DNA of 64,000 nt from Parasitella parasitica NRRL 2501 (GCA_025201805.1 MU619239.1:3429-67428), one strand, 5' to 3'; positions 36,401 through 56,435 are shown, counted from the stretch's first letter. Notes: generated by a model not told the origin, from the sequence alone. A program made the numbers and translations.

Positions 36401-38050
36401 TACAATGGATCAACAAAGCCAATCTTTTGATTTGTGGTTGCGTGAATCGGCGGTTTCTCTGGTGAGTTTCCTGACATCATTGGCGGTTTGCCTATGCCAC
36501 CGCCTCGAGGCATCAACGTATCAATTACAGGGCCTACAGTGTCTGTCTCTCCTGTCAGAGGTGCATCCATATAGCACATTAAAGGCGTAATATGCAATGG
36601 CAGTGGCGATAGACACACCAAATCCATAGCAATGCCATTATCCGTCATCCGCTCATTCGTTAGTCGCAACAGCTTTTTGTTTACCCAGAATTTGCCAACA
36701 CTAGGAGTGATCAATATAATGGATAAGCCTGTCCGCATCAGATCTCTATCCATAAAATGCTGATCAAACGGATTCAGTGCCAAATTAACAGCTTCGAGTA
36801 CGTTTCCTTCATAAGCCATGGAAATTCGGCCGCTTACTACTTTGCGACCTTTCTCTGTTCTAAGCAATACATTGGGTTGAAAGTTGAGCTGCTCCTTTTT
36901 CAACGGTCCTATAACAGACATCCAGTCATCTGTTGTCTCCCAATCAGCCAGTACTTTGTAGAAATCCTTGTAATATCTGCCATCCGCTGCTTGGTTGATC
37001 AATGGATCATCGATCTTTTTTTCGTAAAATACACGAGTAAACAAGACAATGGATACAACATGATTTGTGCCCTCGTCCTTCCATCGACTGAACAAATGCG
37101 GGAGAAAATTGCTGACGGCCTTTTCAAAATACAGCTCGCCATCCTCGTCAAACTCCCACATTTCGCTCGACATTTGAATGAATAGAAAGTATTTGGCTGA
37201 TGCAGATCTGAAAACCATCCGAGTAGTTTCTGTAATGTATCCAGAAGTTGTCTGCTCGTCGTGTGCGAATAGCCGTTTCACTGTTGCCTTGATTGATCCT
37301 GCAAATAGTATCTTTTTTTCATGATAGACGCAAGTTCCTTTTAGGTTCTGCTGCAAACGCCACATGTCGCTGCGGCCGAGGTACTGTTCCTTGAACGCCA
37401 ATTCCACATGGTCCAAAGCCACTTGAAGAGGATCAATCTAGTACAAAGAGTGAGATGCAGCTATTTAAGCCTATAGCCTACAAAGGGCCTACCAGTTCCA
37501 CATAGACTTCTTGTCTTGATCTCAAATTGAATCGATCTGCAATATCTTTCGAAATGGAGAGCTTTTTTTTTTTTTTTTGCATGAGAAAGCGGCACTTGGT
37601 CAAGACAACAACAGCCAAACTTTAACCTACCTGAATCTGCTGCTGCTTTGCGAGGCTCTCTTTATCTACAGAATGTCCTTTCACAATGACAGAATCTAGC
37701 TGCTCGCTTTGATGATCTTCAGCGTGCTCTGATTTAGATTGTTCAGACTGCTGTGTTTGTGTTTGCTGCTGAAGTTGGGTTTGTGTCTGCAGACCCTGAT
37801 GCTCATGCTGCTTCTTCTGGTCTTGCTGGTCGCTGATGGTGTTTTGTGATTGCTGCTGCGATGGCTGTATGTTGTTGTTGCGAGGACAGTGGATCCGAAG
37901 TAGTTGACCATCGCGAAAATTGGCGAAAATCTCAGGATTTACCACAGCCTCATGGTTGTACATGGCACCAGTCTCATGGATCCATAAAACCACCGGCTTT
38001 TGTGATAACAAAAAGCCCCGGGGCACACTACCATGTGTAGCTGTTGGCAT
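31773..38050 (-). CDS. IML1: Iml1/Sea1/DEPDC5, GATOR1/SEACIT subunit, multi-exon
   Basis: QYLGRSDMWR, FRSASAKYFLFIQMSSEMWEFD, GNVLEAVNLALN, WKSLATPACLPLTTDYFP, SQRLAQGFQ, DEP domain (DRRWHFRMFSNVFTGTEFVDW..FLDGNYFY), YIHRSG. Confidence 0.95.
32937..33440 (-). repeat. Coding CAG/CAA microsatellite: 168-codon Q-rich tract inside IML1
   Basis: (CAGCAA)n, (CAACAATCA)n and CCA-interrupted blocks, all in frame. Confidence 0.97.
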
Positions 38051-38218
38051 ATTATATAAAAGTGAACAAAAAAGATTAAATTCCCCCAAGTCAAACGGTT
38101 GTAACGGTATAATTTAGGACCACCGGCTTATAGTTTTACCACTGCGGCTGCCCACATCCCTCAACTCGCAAAATTGCACAGAGTTTTATGTATTGTAAAT
38201 ATTTATTTATTGCCTTGG

Positions 38219-39175
38219 TCAAAAATCCGAAAATAGTGTCGAACTAATAACGATACCAAGGACTACGATGGCTGTAATTAGTGTGATTGCACTTACAACC
38301 AGCTTGTTGCGCTGCTCTCTTTTACGCAAAAGAGCGTCGAAATCAATGTGTGTGCCGACCAGTGCTTTCTGCAGCAGGTTCAGGTTATCATCGATTACAT
38401 AGACAAATTCCCCTTCTCTGAGCAATACCGGCCATCGACGTCTATACCTCTCAATCACGATATTCACTTCATTTCTCATTTCTGATAGTTGTGTGAATGC
38501 AAGCGCCAAAAGCCGAAGATCCTGGTGTATGTCTTGCACAATGTGCATGACGTGCTGTGTGGTTTTGTCGTTTTTACGGATGCCTCTTTGCATTAATATC
38601 TGCACAAACACTGAGGGGCAGTCGTCTCCAGTTGAGCTGATGGCTCTCTCTAAATCAAAGGCTGTAGCATGAGGGTTGACCGATTTGATTTGTTCTTCAA
38701 ATAAAACCGAGGTGAAGCGTTGGCTTTCTAGTGTGATATTGATATATTTCTCTAGCAGGTCCTTGTAAGACCTCAGAATGGTCTTGAATCTCTGGTTTCT
38801 CAGCTCTAGATCTGATAACGTTGGTTTGGATGGTTCGACAGTGATGATTGCCTGTCGAATGTAGCTTAAGCGGTCATTTACTAGTGCTGTCTGTCTCTCC
38901 AGTATAGTTCTGTTGTTCTGGGCTGTGTTGTTGTCTATGTCAATGGCATGCTCGTATACTTGTCTTTGGGCATCTCTTATGTTGTTTAAAAGCAGAAGGC
39001 TTTCCTCAATATTGAATATAATGTTGTCTGTTACTACTTTGTAATTGTCATATGGTCTCACATCCAAGATCTGGCTTCCTGTCCTCGGCGCTATTGTTTT
39101 TTCGATTGCAGGTGCGACAATTGTGATGTTCGAAGGGGTATTGAGAGGCTGCTTTTCAATATCGAATTCAGACAT
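38219..39175 (-). CDS. Divergent syntaxin-like (Qa-SNARE-like) tail-anchored protein, single exon
   Basis: Habc-like helices, EQIKSVNPHAT (cf. RQ..IV.P.AT in Sso-type syntaxins), VQDIHQDLRLL..., C-terminal TM segment LVVSAITLITAIVVLGIVIS. Confidence 0.7.
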   Translation of the reverse strand: MSEFDIEKQPLNTPSNITIVAPAIEKTIAPRTGSQILDVRPYDNYKVVTDNIIFNIEESLLLLNNIRDAQRQVYEHAIDIDNNTAQNNRTILERQTALVNDRLSYIRQAIITVEPSKPTLSDLELRNQRFKTILRSYKDLLEKYINITLESQRFTSVLFEEQIKSVNPHATAFDLERAISSTGDDCPSVFVQILMQRGIRKNDKTTQHVMHIVQDIHQDLRLLALAFTQLSEMRNEVNIVIERYRRRWPVLLREGEFVYVIDDNLNLLQKALVGTHIDFDALLRKREQRNKLVVSAITLITAIVVLGIVISSTLFSDF

Positions 39176-39298
39176 TGCTCTATCTATGCTTAATAAAAAT
39201 GAAAGAGAAAGAGAAATGGAATCTACCAGAGATAGGCTGTAATCGCAAAAAAAATAATTTTATTATTGTTTGGGGGTAACTGGGCTTAGTGTTTTCCA

Positions 39299-40477
39299 TT
39301 AGTTGTAAGATGCATCTGAAGCGTTGTTACACCACAAAGAGGCGTATTCCTCCTCGCTTGATTCAAATAAGCTGATGGCCTTTTCTAGTCCATACTCCAC
39401 TTGATACCCCAATAAGCCTCCTCTTTCGTCGTCCATTGAGACATCACCGTCCTGCTTCATAGCCTTATTGATCAATAGTGGTATCTTTAAAACTAGCTTT
39501 GCCATTGACACTGATAATGAAAGCCGACGCCACACATCAAAGTAAGATAGGTTTCGTATTTCGTTTTGCAAATCATACAAACGTAACAGCTCAAACTGAG
39601 TGATTGTATAGTACTTTTGTGAGGCTGAAAATATGTTTAGATCAGTAAATCATGCGATCCGGATTGTATATATTTATATATATATATATATATATGTGCA
39701 TATTTACTCAACAGGACATCTCTAATCTTTAAAAACCCTACTTCTGCAATAGCCAAAATATCGTCGTTTATGTGTATTAACCTATTCGTTTCATTCATGG
39801 CATCTGGATTACAATATATTTAGTATTTACATTTAAACATATTTGCTTTGTGTGTGTGTATGTCTCACGTATAACAGTGCGTAATGTTTGAAATTCCCCT
39901 TCCATGATTTCAATGTAGAGCTGTGTAAATATTATATAAATACATATTTGCATAAACAAGACTATTCAACAATGCGATCATTTACTTGTCTAATGACTTG
40001 CTGAAATATGTCCACTGCATTATCCTCGGAACAGCAATTTGTATAATGATTTAACCCTGATCTTTGTCTATCGTATGTTAATTTTTTCGTGGGCTGGCTT
40101 AGGGTATTATAAGCAGTAGAAAGCACTAATGGTAGTTTTGTGTAAATAAAATACTCACAAGGTATGGTTATATCCATCGAGCTTAATACATTTACCTTGA
40201 AAACTCTTTGTTGCTTTAGGATAAGATGGCACGAATTTATCCGGGTGGCATAGTCGACTTTTCTATTACATATTGACAGCTAAATACAATCATGCTGTAA
40301 AATGCCAACAGACAAAAAAAACTGTACCCGAATATAAGCTCTTCGAATCTCGTCAAAGGAAGAATCATCTGGCAATCCCAATGCCTCGTAGTAATTCGAT
40401 GCTGATAAAATATCCTCAACTAAATTGTATTTATCCTCCTTTTCTTTGACATCAAAGACTGATAAATGGCTCATCAT
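39299..40477 (-). CDS. DnaJ-domain protein, multi-exon
   Basis: YYEALGL..EIRRAYIR|KSRLCHPDKF (HPD motif)..ESFQ|VLSTAYNTLS..YD. Confidence 0.85.
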
Positions 40478-41171
40478 AATAAATTTTGTAACCAAGAGAA
40501 CTGAATGAAGCTAAACAAGTGATAAGAAACCATTTATATATCTGTTTATTCTGGAGTTTTTAATTAATTCAAAATTAGAATTGGACCTTACAAATGATGG
40601 TTAATGCTTACTATCATTCATGTGGCAAATAACTCCGAATAAGGCCAAGGTCAACTTCATGATATTATACACAATACTGGAACTAATAAACACAACAAGT
40701 AACTAATGTCGTGGATCTATTCAATGCTCGAATTAATATTGGGTGTTCTTCTACTCTATGCAGTTGGCCCTATAAAATATGCTTGACCAAAATACATAAC
40801 GTTGATTCTGCAGATTGCGATTTCAAACACATAAAAGGCCCAGGACCTTGAGCTGTATCGAGTCGCTGCACTAGAAATCATGTATAACCCCAGAATGCAA
40901 CAATAAACAAAAACTCAATATTTACATAGCACTAACCAACAGGTCTCGTTATTGTTTCGTAACTATTTTCCAATAAAGATGTCGGAAATTTCTATTGCAC
41001 TCTTAAGAGTTATTATAAAGTAATCATCATAAGCAATAGGTACAGAACCTAATACACTGACAAGAATGCAATTGGTGGCTTAGGGAACTGGAGTATGCAT
41101 TAAAGGTTTTTACTTGGTTTGACAAGCAATTCAATTTTTATCACTTGCTATATCAACGCTTACAGCAAATC

Positions 41172-41501
41172 ATGGGTAAATCCGCCAAGTTTTACAAACG
41201 ACCATCGAAAAAAGAAAAAGAAGGTCTTGTAATCAAAAAATTGATCGAGCCCACAGCTATCAGTAAGAAAAGTAGCAGAGATACCAAAAAGATCAATGCT
41301 CCAGCCTATATGCTTATCGACAAGAAAAACAAGACGATTACTCCTACTTCAGCCGACCAAGATGTAGATATGGACATAGAAGAAACTCCTGCTCAGAAAA
41401 ACAAGGAAAAAAAGAAGGAAAAGAATGCCGAGTTACCAGATTATGTAGATTTGTTTTCTGGAAAAAAGACATTCAAAAAGATTCCCAAGAAGAGAAAGTA
41501 G
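41172..41501 (+). CDS. Small lysine-rich hypothetical protein (~109 aa)
   Basis: MGKSAKFYKRPSKKEKE...PDYVDLFSGKKTFKK; clean ORF, probably nuclear or nucleolar. Confidence 0.7.
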   Translation: MGKSAKFYKRPSKKEKEGLVIKKLIEPTAISKKSSRDTKKINAPAYMLIDKKNKTITPTSADQDVDMDIEETPAQKNKEKKKEKNAELPDYVDLFSGKKTFKKIPKKRK

Positions 41502-41779
41502 ACTAGTCAATGCTTCGAATATATACTTTCCAGTGTACATTATTATAATCATCCTTATCACTAAATATGATTCTTATTCAATAAAAGACGACGTAGATTT
41601 TGATAAAAAAAAGATAAATTGAGGAGTGAAAAGTTGCCTTGTTGCGCCACTCTCTAAAGGATTTGGTGGCTAAAATGTATTCATAACGACACAAGGTATA
41701 CGCTGCAGATATCAAATAGATAGTTTATTTTATAGAAGAGACAAGAGCTTAGCTGTAATAATAATGAGTGGAATAGTTT

Positions 41780-49128
<7,349 letters not shown>

Positions 49129-49428
49129 ATTCTATTTAACTAGACAAGATGATCAGGATACAAGATCTCTTTTCTTCGAAGAGGATTAACGTGTATTTGT
49201 TGCTATAAATGATAATTACCTCAATAATAGTGTTTAAAAAAAAAGCGAGTATCCTTCTTCTTCTTTTTTTTAACAGAAAAACTTTATTAATGTAGAAGAC
49301 TATAAAGTTGATTATGTGAACAAGTTTGTGCGTTTTATAGAAAAAAAATTCTACTGAACGAGGTAGAGCGAGCAGCAACAACCACTCACTCTGTGACTTA
49401 TGTCGTCCAAGATCCAATCACATAGACA

Positions 49429-50354
49429 TCAAATAGGTTCAGCAACTCGCACAGCGAAAAGCTGTTCAACAACATCAATTGGAGAGGGCTGTTCATAAGA
49501 TGTTTGCAATTTACAAAATCTCGGCTTTATATAGCGTGAGTAGGATAGTCAGTGGTTTGTGATTAACTGCAGCAAACTTACTAAGGACATGACCGATTTA
49601 GACCTTTGAACTGGGAGTATAGGAGGCGGTAGTTCCACTGTCTTATTGCGCTCTTTTCGTTCATGAATCACAGTAGGTATATCTTTGAATATTCGTTTTC
49701 TTGAAAATGGAGGTCTATTGATGAGAGTTTTTTAATTGCTTTGTTTTGACAAAATGATGCACGTTACACTACGTTTGAAACTGTGGGGATGATAGAGGTT
49801 GGTTTGATGTGGAATCGGGTTTTATGTTCATCCGTAATGATAGCTATCAGCAAAGTGTTACAAGATGAACTTGGTAAATCGATGGTGATGCTATAATACC
49901 TTAATAGTCGAATTAAATTTACAACTTTGTAACAAAAATCGCTCTGTGGTTACTCCTGAACCAGCGTATTCAGATAAATTTATGGATAATGTTCCAATTT
50001 CTTTACCACCTTTCTGATAAATGTCGAGTTTCAATTCACAATCGTTGAGCACCTGCTGCTTGCTGATGACCAGCTGTACCATTGTATTAATTGGGTGATT
50101 CCATGTTATCTGGTGATCTTTGATATGTATTCTAAATGCAGAAAAATTTCTTAGAGATCGTCCCGAGATAAACAATGAATTAATTCTTACCTCTCTGTTG
50201 TGCCTGTTGTATGGGAAGCATTTTTCAGCTTCCAATTGACATAATAGTAGCCGCTTACAAGCGGCACATTGACTAGATCTCGAATAATCAGAGATAATTC
50301 GAAATTTACTTTGCGGTTTTTCGATACAAAAAGGTGCGTGAAAGGAGTTCGCAT
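49429..50354 (-). CDS. NT-C2 (EEIG1/EHBP1 N-terminal C2) domain protein, multi-exon
   Basis: KVNFELSLIIRDLVNVPLVSGYYYVNWKL, GTLSINLSEYA, RFLLQSCKFNSTIK; last exon PSPIDVVEQLF ends TGA at 49429. Confidence 0.85.
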
Positions 50355-50667
50355 GTCTCGAGTGTAGCAGTATCGAGATGTTGAATATCGAAATGAGGGG
50401 CAAACAAGAAAAGGGAAGAAGAGAAGAAAAAAAAAAGAATGGGAGAAGAGGAGGCAAGAATAAATAAATAACAAAAAAAGAAGCTGCTCAGCCTTTTATT
50501 GCTACTTGATCAACAGTTCGTTCGTATATAAAGTATCAATTTAAGCGGGTACACATGCTTTTTCTATCTTGCTAAATGGTGTAGCAAAATATACGTCACT
50601 GTTAAAGCAATTTGAAAGGCAAAAAAACATGGTTAATATTCTTTTTCACTTCTTTTTACAAGCAAAT

Positions 50668-51514
50668 ATGCCAAAAATCAGTACAACAAGCACTACTGCT
50701 CCTACAAGACCCTTAATATTTCAACAATTGTACCAATTATTCTCGTTTACCTTTAAATGCATACAGTCAATATTATTTATTAAAGCTCAAACTCCTGTTA
50801 CAAAACCATCTACAACAGTGCATAATTCAATAGGTCTTCAGTATTATAAAGGAAAGACATTGGTATTAGACTTGGATGAAACTCTTGTTCACTCAGTAAG
50901 GTTTGGGACAACTGAAGCAACTGTAAATGCGTCGATAAAGAAGAAGACGATTGAGGTTACCAGCGATAAACAAAGCATCTTGTATGAAGTCTACAAGAGA
51001 CCGCATGTTGATTTCTTTCTGTCCACTGTAAAATTGCTCATTGTTTACAAACTACACCTTCATATACTTATCATTATATATAAACAGATAAGCCAATGGT
51101 ACAACGTAGTCATTTTCACTGCTTCCATGTCTGAATACGCTGACCCTGTTATTGACTGGCTGGACCAAGATCAAATATTTATTAGTCAACGCTATTTTAG
51201 ACAAGTAAAAAAATTGCCACAACAAATATTTGTACATCTGTCTCAATTCTCTCTACTAGGCATGTTTGCTTAAAAATGGAAACTTTCTAAAAGACATTTC
51301 AATCGCTGAATCAGATTTATCCAAAGTGTGTCTAATCGACAATAGTCCTTCGGCATTTGAGCTATGCCAAGAAAATGCAATTCCACTCCCAACCTGGATA
51401 TCAAATCCTAAAGATGATTCTCTATTAGATTTATTACCATTGCTAGACGCATTACGATTCACTGCTGATGTTCGGAGTATTCTAAGCTTGCGAAATCCTA
51501 CTAAATACATGTAG
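50668..51514 (+). CDS. HAD-family CTD-like phosphatase (Nem1/Dullard-like, NIF domain); start codon uncertain
   Basis: KTLVLDLDETLVHS (DxDxT), VYKRPHVDFFL, FTASMSEYADPVIDWLD, LIDNSP, LLDALRFTADVRSILSLR; introns 51028-51087 and ~51205-51260. Confidence 0.88.
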
Positions 51515-52224
51515 CTGTGTGATCAATATCTCCTAATCTGAAAGAAATTAACCTCCCTATCACAAGGTGTTTCACTTTTGTTGTAAATATAGTTTTTACT
51601 CTTCTCCCATCTTCATGAATTTTGCAGAACGTCTTATAGCATCGACTTGACTGAGCATTATTGAATGGTTTTTTTTATCAGAATATAGACCAATATAAGA
51701 TATTACGAATGCATTTAAAAAAGAACATGAATATATTTACAAGTTTCTGGAGGACACATCGTTTCGTCATTGTATGCGCCTACAAACACAAATATGTAGT
51801 ACTTTGCCAATTTAGAGTGAAAGTGCTATGCTTGCTGTGTCAGGCTGTTTCCAAGCAGAGCTCAGGGTACATTTATTATAGCTCTAAACACCTACCTGTG
51901 ATGCCGCATATCGTATATATCTGGCAGTTGTATATAGGCACTTGAACTACCCTCACAAAATCACAATTGAAGGAACGCCTGATGATGAAGTATGTTATTC
52001 ATTGCGAGAACGTGGCATTAGGGCTTTGCTAAAGGGCTTGAATTTTTTCAAAAGTGATATTTGAGCCAAAATGGTCCTATGTCGCACGTGCGTCCCAAGG
52101 ACGAGTTTGATTAACGAACACTTGTATCTAGTAATTATGCACATTCCAAGTGTACTGTGGGCCATCACGCTCAAAATATATAGTAATGAAGTGAACTATA
52201 TAATTGTGATTCATGACCGTTTGA

Positions 52225-52770
52225 TGTTATCTTGGTCCTTACAACAGTATTTTCTCCTTTCGTTGACCATCTTTTTCCTCGAATCAAGTTGGCATTGAAG
52301 CCTGCCTCGTCGACAAAGATACAATTAGTTTTGTATGAGATGCCAAGCTGTCAACTTTTTGATGAATATGTTTGTGAATGTGCTGAGTGGATAATCACTT
52401 TTCAGCAAGGTTAGGAAATTTCTTGAAGAGCTCGTCTCTGATAATACCTAATGTAAGCCGAGAGTCATCGTCCAGCAGGTGGATAATGTACTTGGTGTGC
52501 TCTTCGAGCGATCGAACTCTTCCTCCTCACGATTAGCCTTTTGCAGTTCCTCTTTCCATATATCAATCGACAATATGATTAATTGTGGAGCAAGACAAAT
52601 TAAAAAGTTTCGCAATTTTAGTAATAGATACGTGTTTATCAAGATGCTTTTCAATTATAAGCTCCTTTACATGATCATTAATGTGAGCTTTTCTTGTTCT
52701 TTGCTCTTTTGAGGAAGAAGTAACAGAGTTATCATTATTAAAGACATTTGAATAACGGTGGTACCGTATA
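52225..52770 (-). pseudogene. Tc1/IS630-family transposase relic: N-terminal HTH plus first catalytic Asp
   Basis: Manual translation gives VSITKIAKLFNLSCSTINHIVD*Y (HTH), EEHTKYIIHLLDDDSRLTL..RDELFKKFPNL and NCIFVDEAGFNANLIRGKRWSTKGE. Confidence 0.8.
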
Positions 52771-53149
52771 CTGCTGTAGCGGGTTGCATTTGCTCTTTCT
52801 TCATTTTAATTCTGAAATCAATTACTGTAACAGCTATTTATCGAACATCAGTTCATACAAAAGAAATCTTGCAGGCAACTAGTTTGGAAAAAAAAAAAAA
52901 AGTTCAAGTAAATGATAAAGGTCATGGTGATTGTGATAATATATTTCTGATAAGAAGCTTCTGAGAGAAGAGAAATGTCTCCCTAAAAATATTTTTAAAT
53001 GGGGATTCCCATGTTTACAGAAAAAGAGTAATTACTTTGTTTCATTTATAGTAAAAAAATATAAAGAGAATGTGTCGTGAAATAAGCTATCTACATCATA
53101 TCTTTGTGTTCAAGATAGTCTTTAAAAAAAGGTTACGGTTGTATAATGA

Positions 53150-53320
53150 CAAACATCTGTGATTCTGGGTGTAAGTGTGTCTGTTTACTTTGTATCAAAA
53201 ACCTTTGATTGGATTCAGGAACGGAGAGCAAGGTTGGAGATAAGCTTTATTTATGTCCTTGGGATTTCATAGATTTTTTTGCAGATAACTTTTTATTAAT
53301 GGGTGTGTTATCCTGGTGGC
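53150..53320 (-). pseudogene. Tc1 (DD34E-type) transposase relic, C-terminal catalytic fragment
   Basis: DNTPINKK..MKSQGHK*/AYLQPCSPFLNPIK matches DNAPIH..YLPPYSPFLNPIE. There are 34 codons plus one extra nt between the D and the E position (now K). Confidence 0.75.
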
Positions 53321-55105
53321 AGATTGTTTCCTTTTCTCTGGCACTTTCTTATAATTTCAGTTGATCTGGCGGCTTCTAGTCTGGAAGGTCTTGTCAGACA
53401 AGTACCAATCTGGGTTCTCTATCCAGTTGCACAGTAGAACAACTACTCAAACCTGTGCCATCTTCTCCATAATATTGGAATGGTTCAAAAGTTTGTGTCT
53501 TTGTAAAGCCAGCTTAGATTTTAGGCGCCTGGTTTTTTTTTTTGTCTACGCGAACTTAAGTGTGCTATTGTCAGAAAAAGACAAAAACTGTAAGAAAACA
53601 ATCTTTAGCAATCTTAGATACAAAATTAAGTAATACAAAGTAAGCCATTAGACTATAAGACTCCTTTTGATAACATATTTGCATAGCTTAGAGCAAATTT
53701 TGCACTTTTTAAGTTGACATAACATGAAAGTGTCGACTTTTCTCACTTTTTTCGGCAGAGTATTTTTCAAAATCGGAGCGTGAGATTTTCAGGCCAGATA
53801 TATACATGCAAATACTACCATTAGAAAGCCAAGAAGCACATCATTTAAATAAATTAGGTTTCAATTGTTTTTTTTTTACATTGGGTAAGCTATGGCTTCT
53901 CAAAGCTAATGCTTTCTTCAAAAAACACCATTTTTCTTCGAGGCGGAGATTAAACGCGTTCAAAATTTGGAAGGAAAAAATTCTTTCAGAAACTCAATTT
54001 GGACATTTCGAAACAAAGTTACTTCTTTGAGGCAAGATATCATCTTGTGACACTATGCATACCCCGGCTGTCAGTTTATGATAATAGCTGTATTTTTGTA
54101 CGCTCTACGCGATGGTATTATTTCATAATTCCCGTATGCTTATGGAAGGAATTATGTCAAAAAAATCTGAAAACAGATCAAGAGGGAAAAATCAATATTT
54201 TGCTTAATCAGAGCGCATTTCCAGTCTTTCAGATCAAGGAATGGTCTTTTACGATCATTTTCTTCTAATATATGCTGTAGTAAAAAGTTGCAATTTTGGG
54301 GTCAAAACCGAGGATAATGCCTAATCGACGATTTTGGATGTGTGGATACAAGGAAAAAAATGAAAAAATCCGTCATTTTGCATCGAAAAAAAAAAAGCAT
54401 GCTCAAATTGCACCAAAATCATATATAATATAGTTGTTTCCCAATGGATACTATTTCTGGTGTTTTCAGGACACTTTTGATTATGAAAATTAATCAAAAA
54501 ATGGCACACAAAGCTAAAGTTCTTGCTTTTAAGCTGCAAAAAATATCTATCTGGAGATGATATCACGTCAATATCAATTCTAGTATATGACACGGCTTTA
54601 CAAAATTAGTATTTTTGAGGCCACAAGTATACATTTCTTCGTAGTAATATGATCAAACAGGTGTGGCTCATCGAGTTTGGAAGCAGAAGAGGATAATTCA
54701 TGAAGATAATGTTTTGCCGTAATAACCCCTTGTTATTTGTGAATAATTCATAAGTTGCTAATTGCTAGTGATAGAGAGGCTTTATTACCATTGTTGCTTA
54801 TAATAATACCTATCGCTCCTGCACAATGGCTGTTTCATCAAAAATAAAATAAGTAGGCCATCGCAATTTCGCAGATCATTATAAAATGAACTTTTCTTCA
54901 ATAAACCAAAAAGACTGTACATCACCATCATTATTTTCAGTTTAGATCTTCTTCTTTTCAAAAGTGACTTTCACCAAATACTATTGATTTTCATCTTTTT
55001 GAATGCGAAATCTCAGAACTAAACTCTTTTTTTTTTTTTCCTTTCTTTAAGTGTACGAAATTATTCCCTAAAGTGTACGAATACGTACACATATTCACAT
55101 AAGTT

Positions 55106-56435
55106 ATGGTAGCCCTTCGTCAATTGGAATTTTACTCAGGTATTGGAGGAATGGTAAGAGCTTTACTCTTTTCTTCATGTCTATAAATTTACCTGTCGTT
55201 TTTATGATAGCATTATGCTGCGAAACTCGCTGATTGGGACGTAGAGATTATAAAAGCATTCGATATCAATACAGTAGCCAACGAAGTATAAAAAGAAATA
55301 GCCAAAGCGATGTAGCACCGTGGATACTTAATGACAGATTCCGTTTAGATTTATAGGCATAATTTCGATCCTAAATCTGTGGGACAAAATTTGATTGAAA
55401 CACTTTCTACTACGCATTATGATACTATTGCTGCTGATATCTGGACCATGTCACCACCTTGTCAACCTTATACACGTATCGGTCTTCAACAAGGCAGTGT
55501 CGATGCTCGCGCTAAAAGCTTCCTGCATCTACTTGAGGTATTGGGAGAAATGAAACAAAAGCCCAAATATATCCTGGTTGAAAATGTGAAAGGATTTGAG
55601 GTATTTTAAAAAGAATTTGCTCTGTGATGATGCCGTTGTTGCTGACAGAATTTACTAGGAATCTGATTCTAGAGATATGCTTATAAACAAACTGACTCAC
55701 TGCGATTACACATTTCAAGAGTTTTTGCTGACACCATTACAACTGGGAATACCCAACTCAAGAATGAGGTATTATTTATTAGCAAAGCTAAAGCCATTGG
55801 GATTTGCAAAGCCTGTTACTGGTACAATCATCGGATACATTCCTCTTTCAACGCTTATGTCGACAGAATTTACAGATACAAGGGGTATATCTGACGAAGA
55901 AAATTTAGTTGATGAATCAGTGAATCCAGTTGATCCACTATCCAAGTACCTGGAACTTGACAGCTATTATGAAGAATATCTTGTCCCTGATAAGGTGCTT
56001 GCAAAGAATAGCCATGTATTTGATATTGTGAAGCCTGATGGACACCGTAGCTGTTGTTTCACAAAAGGCTACTTTCACTATGCCCAAGGAACCGGATCAA
56101 TTCTTCAAATGAACCCAGATATTGATGTAAGCTTAGTGACATTTGCTTGTAGATGCAACACTGACACTGGAGTATAGACTGCAGAAATTTTCTCAAAAGC
56201 AATGGCATACAAAGACGTTGATGAAGCGAAGCAGTTGGAGTTATTACGCACCTTAAAGTTGAGATATTTCAGCCCAAGAGAAGTGTCTAATCTTATGGGC
56301 TTCCCTCAGGATTTTTCCTTTCCAGAAACTAGCACTATCAAACAAAAGTATAGGACTCTGGGTAATAGTATCAATGTAAGATTGGTATCAGAGTTGATGC
56401 GTTATTTGATGAAAGAAGGAAGTGCCCCTTTGTAA
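55106..56435 (+). CDS. DNMT2: Dnmt2/TRDMT1 tRNA (cytosine-38) C5-methyltransferase, multi-exon
   Basis: LEFYSGIGGM (motif I), SPPCQPY (IV), ENVKGF (VI), PNSRMRY (VIII), the Dnmt2-diagnostic CFTKGY, LRYFSPREV, LGNSINV. Confidence 0.95.

Noticed and set aside
53610-54640. Possible non-autonomous DNA transposon (MITE-like AT-rich segment)
   Set aside because: Only short imperfect inverted or direct matches (e.g. AAATTTTGCACTTTTT vs AAAAAGTTGCAATTTT); no convincing TIR or TSD
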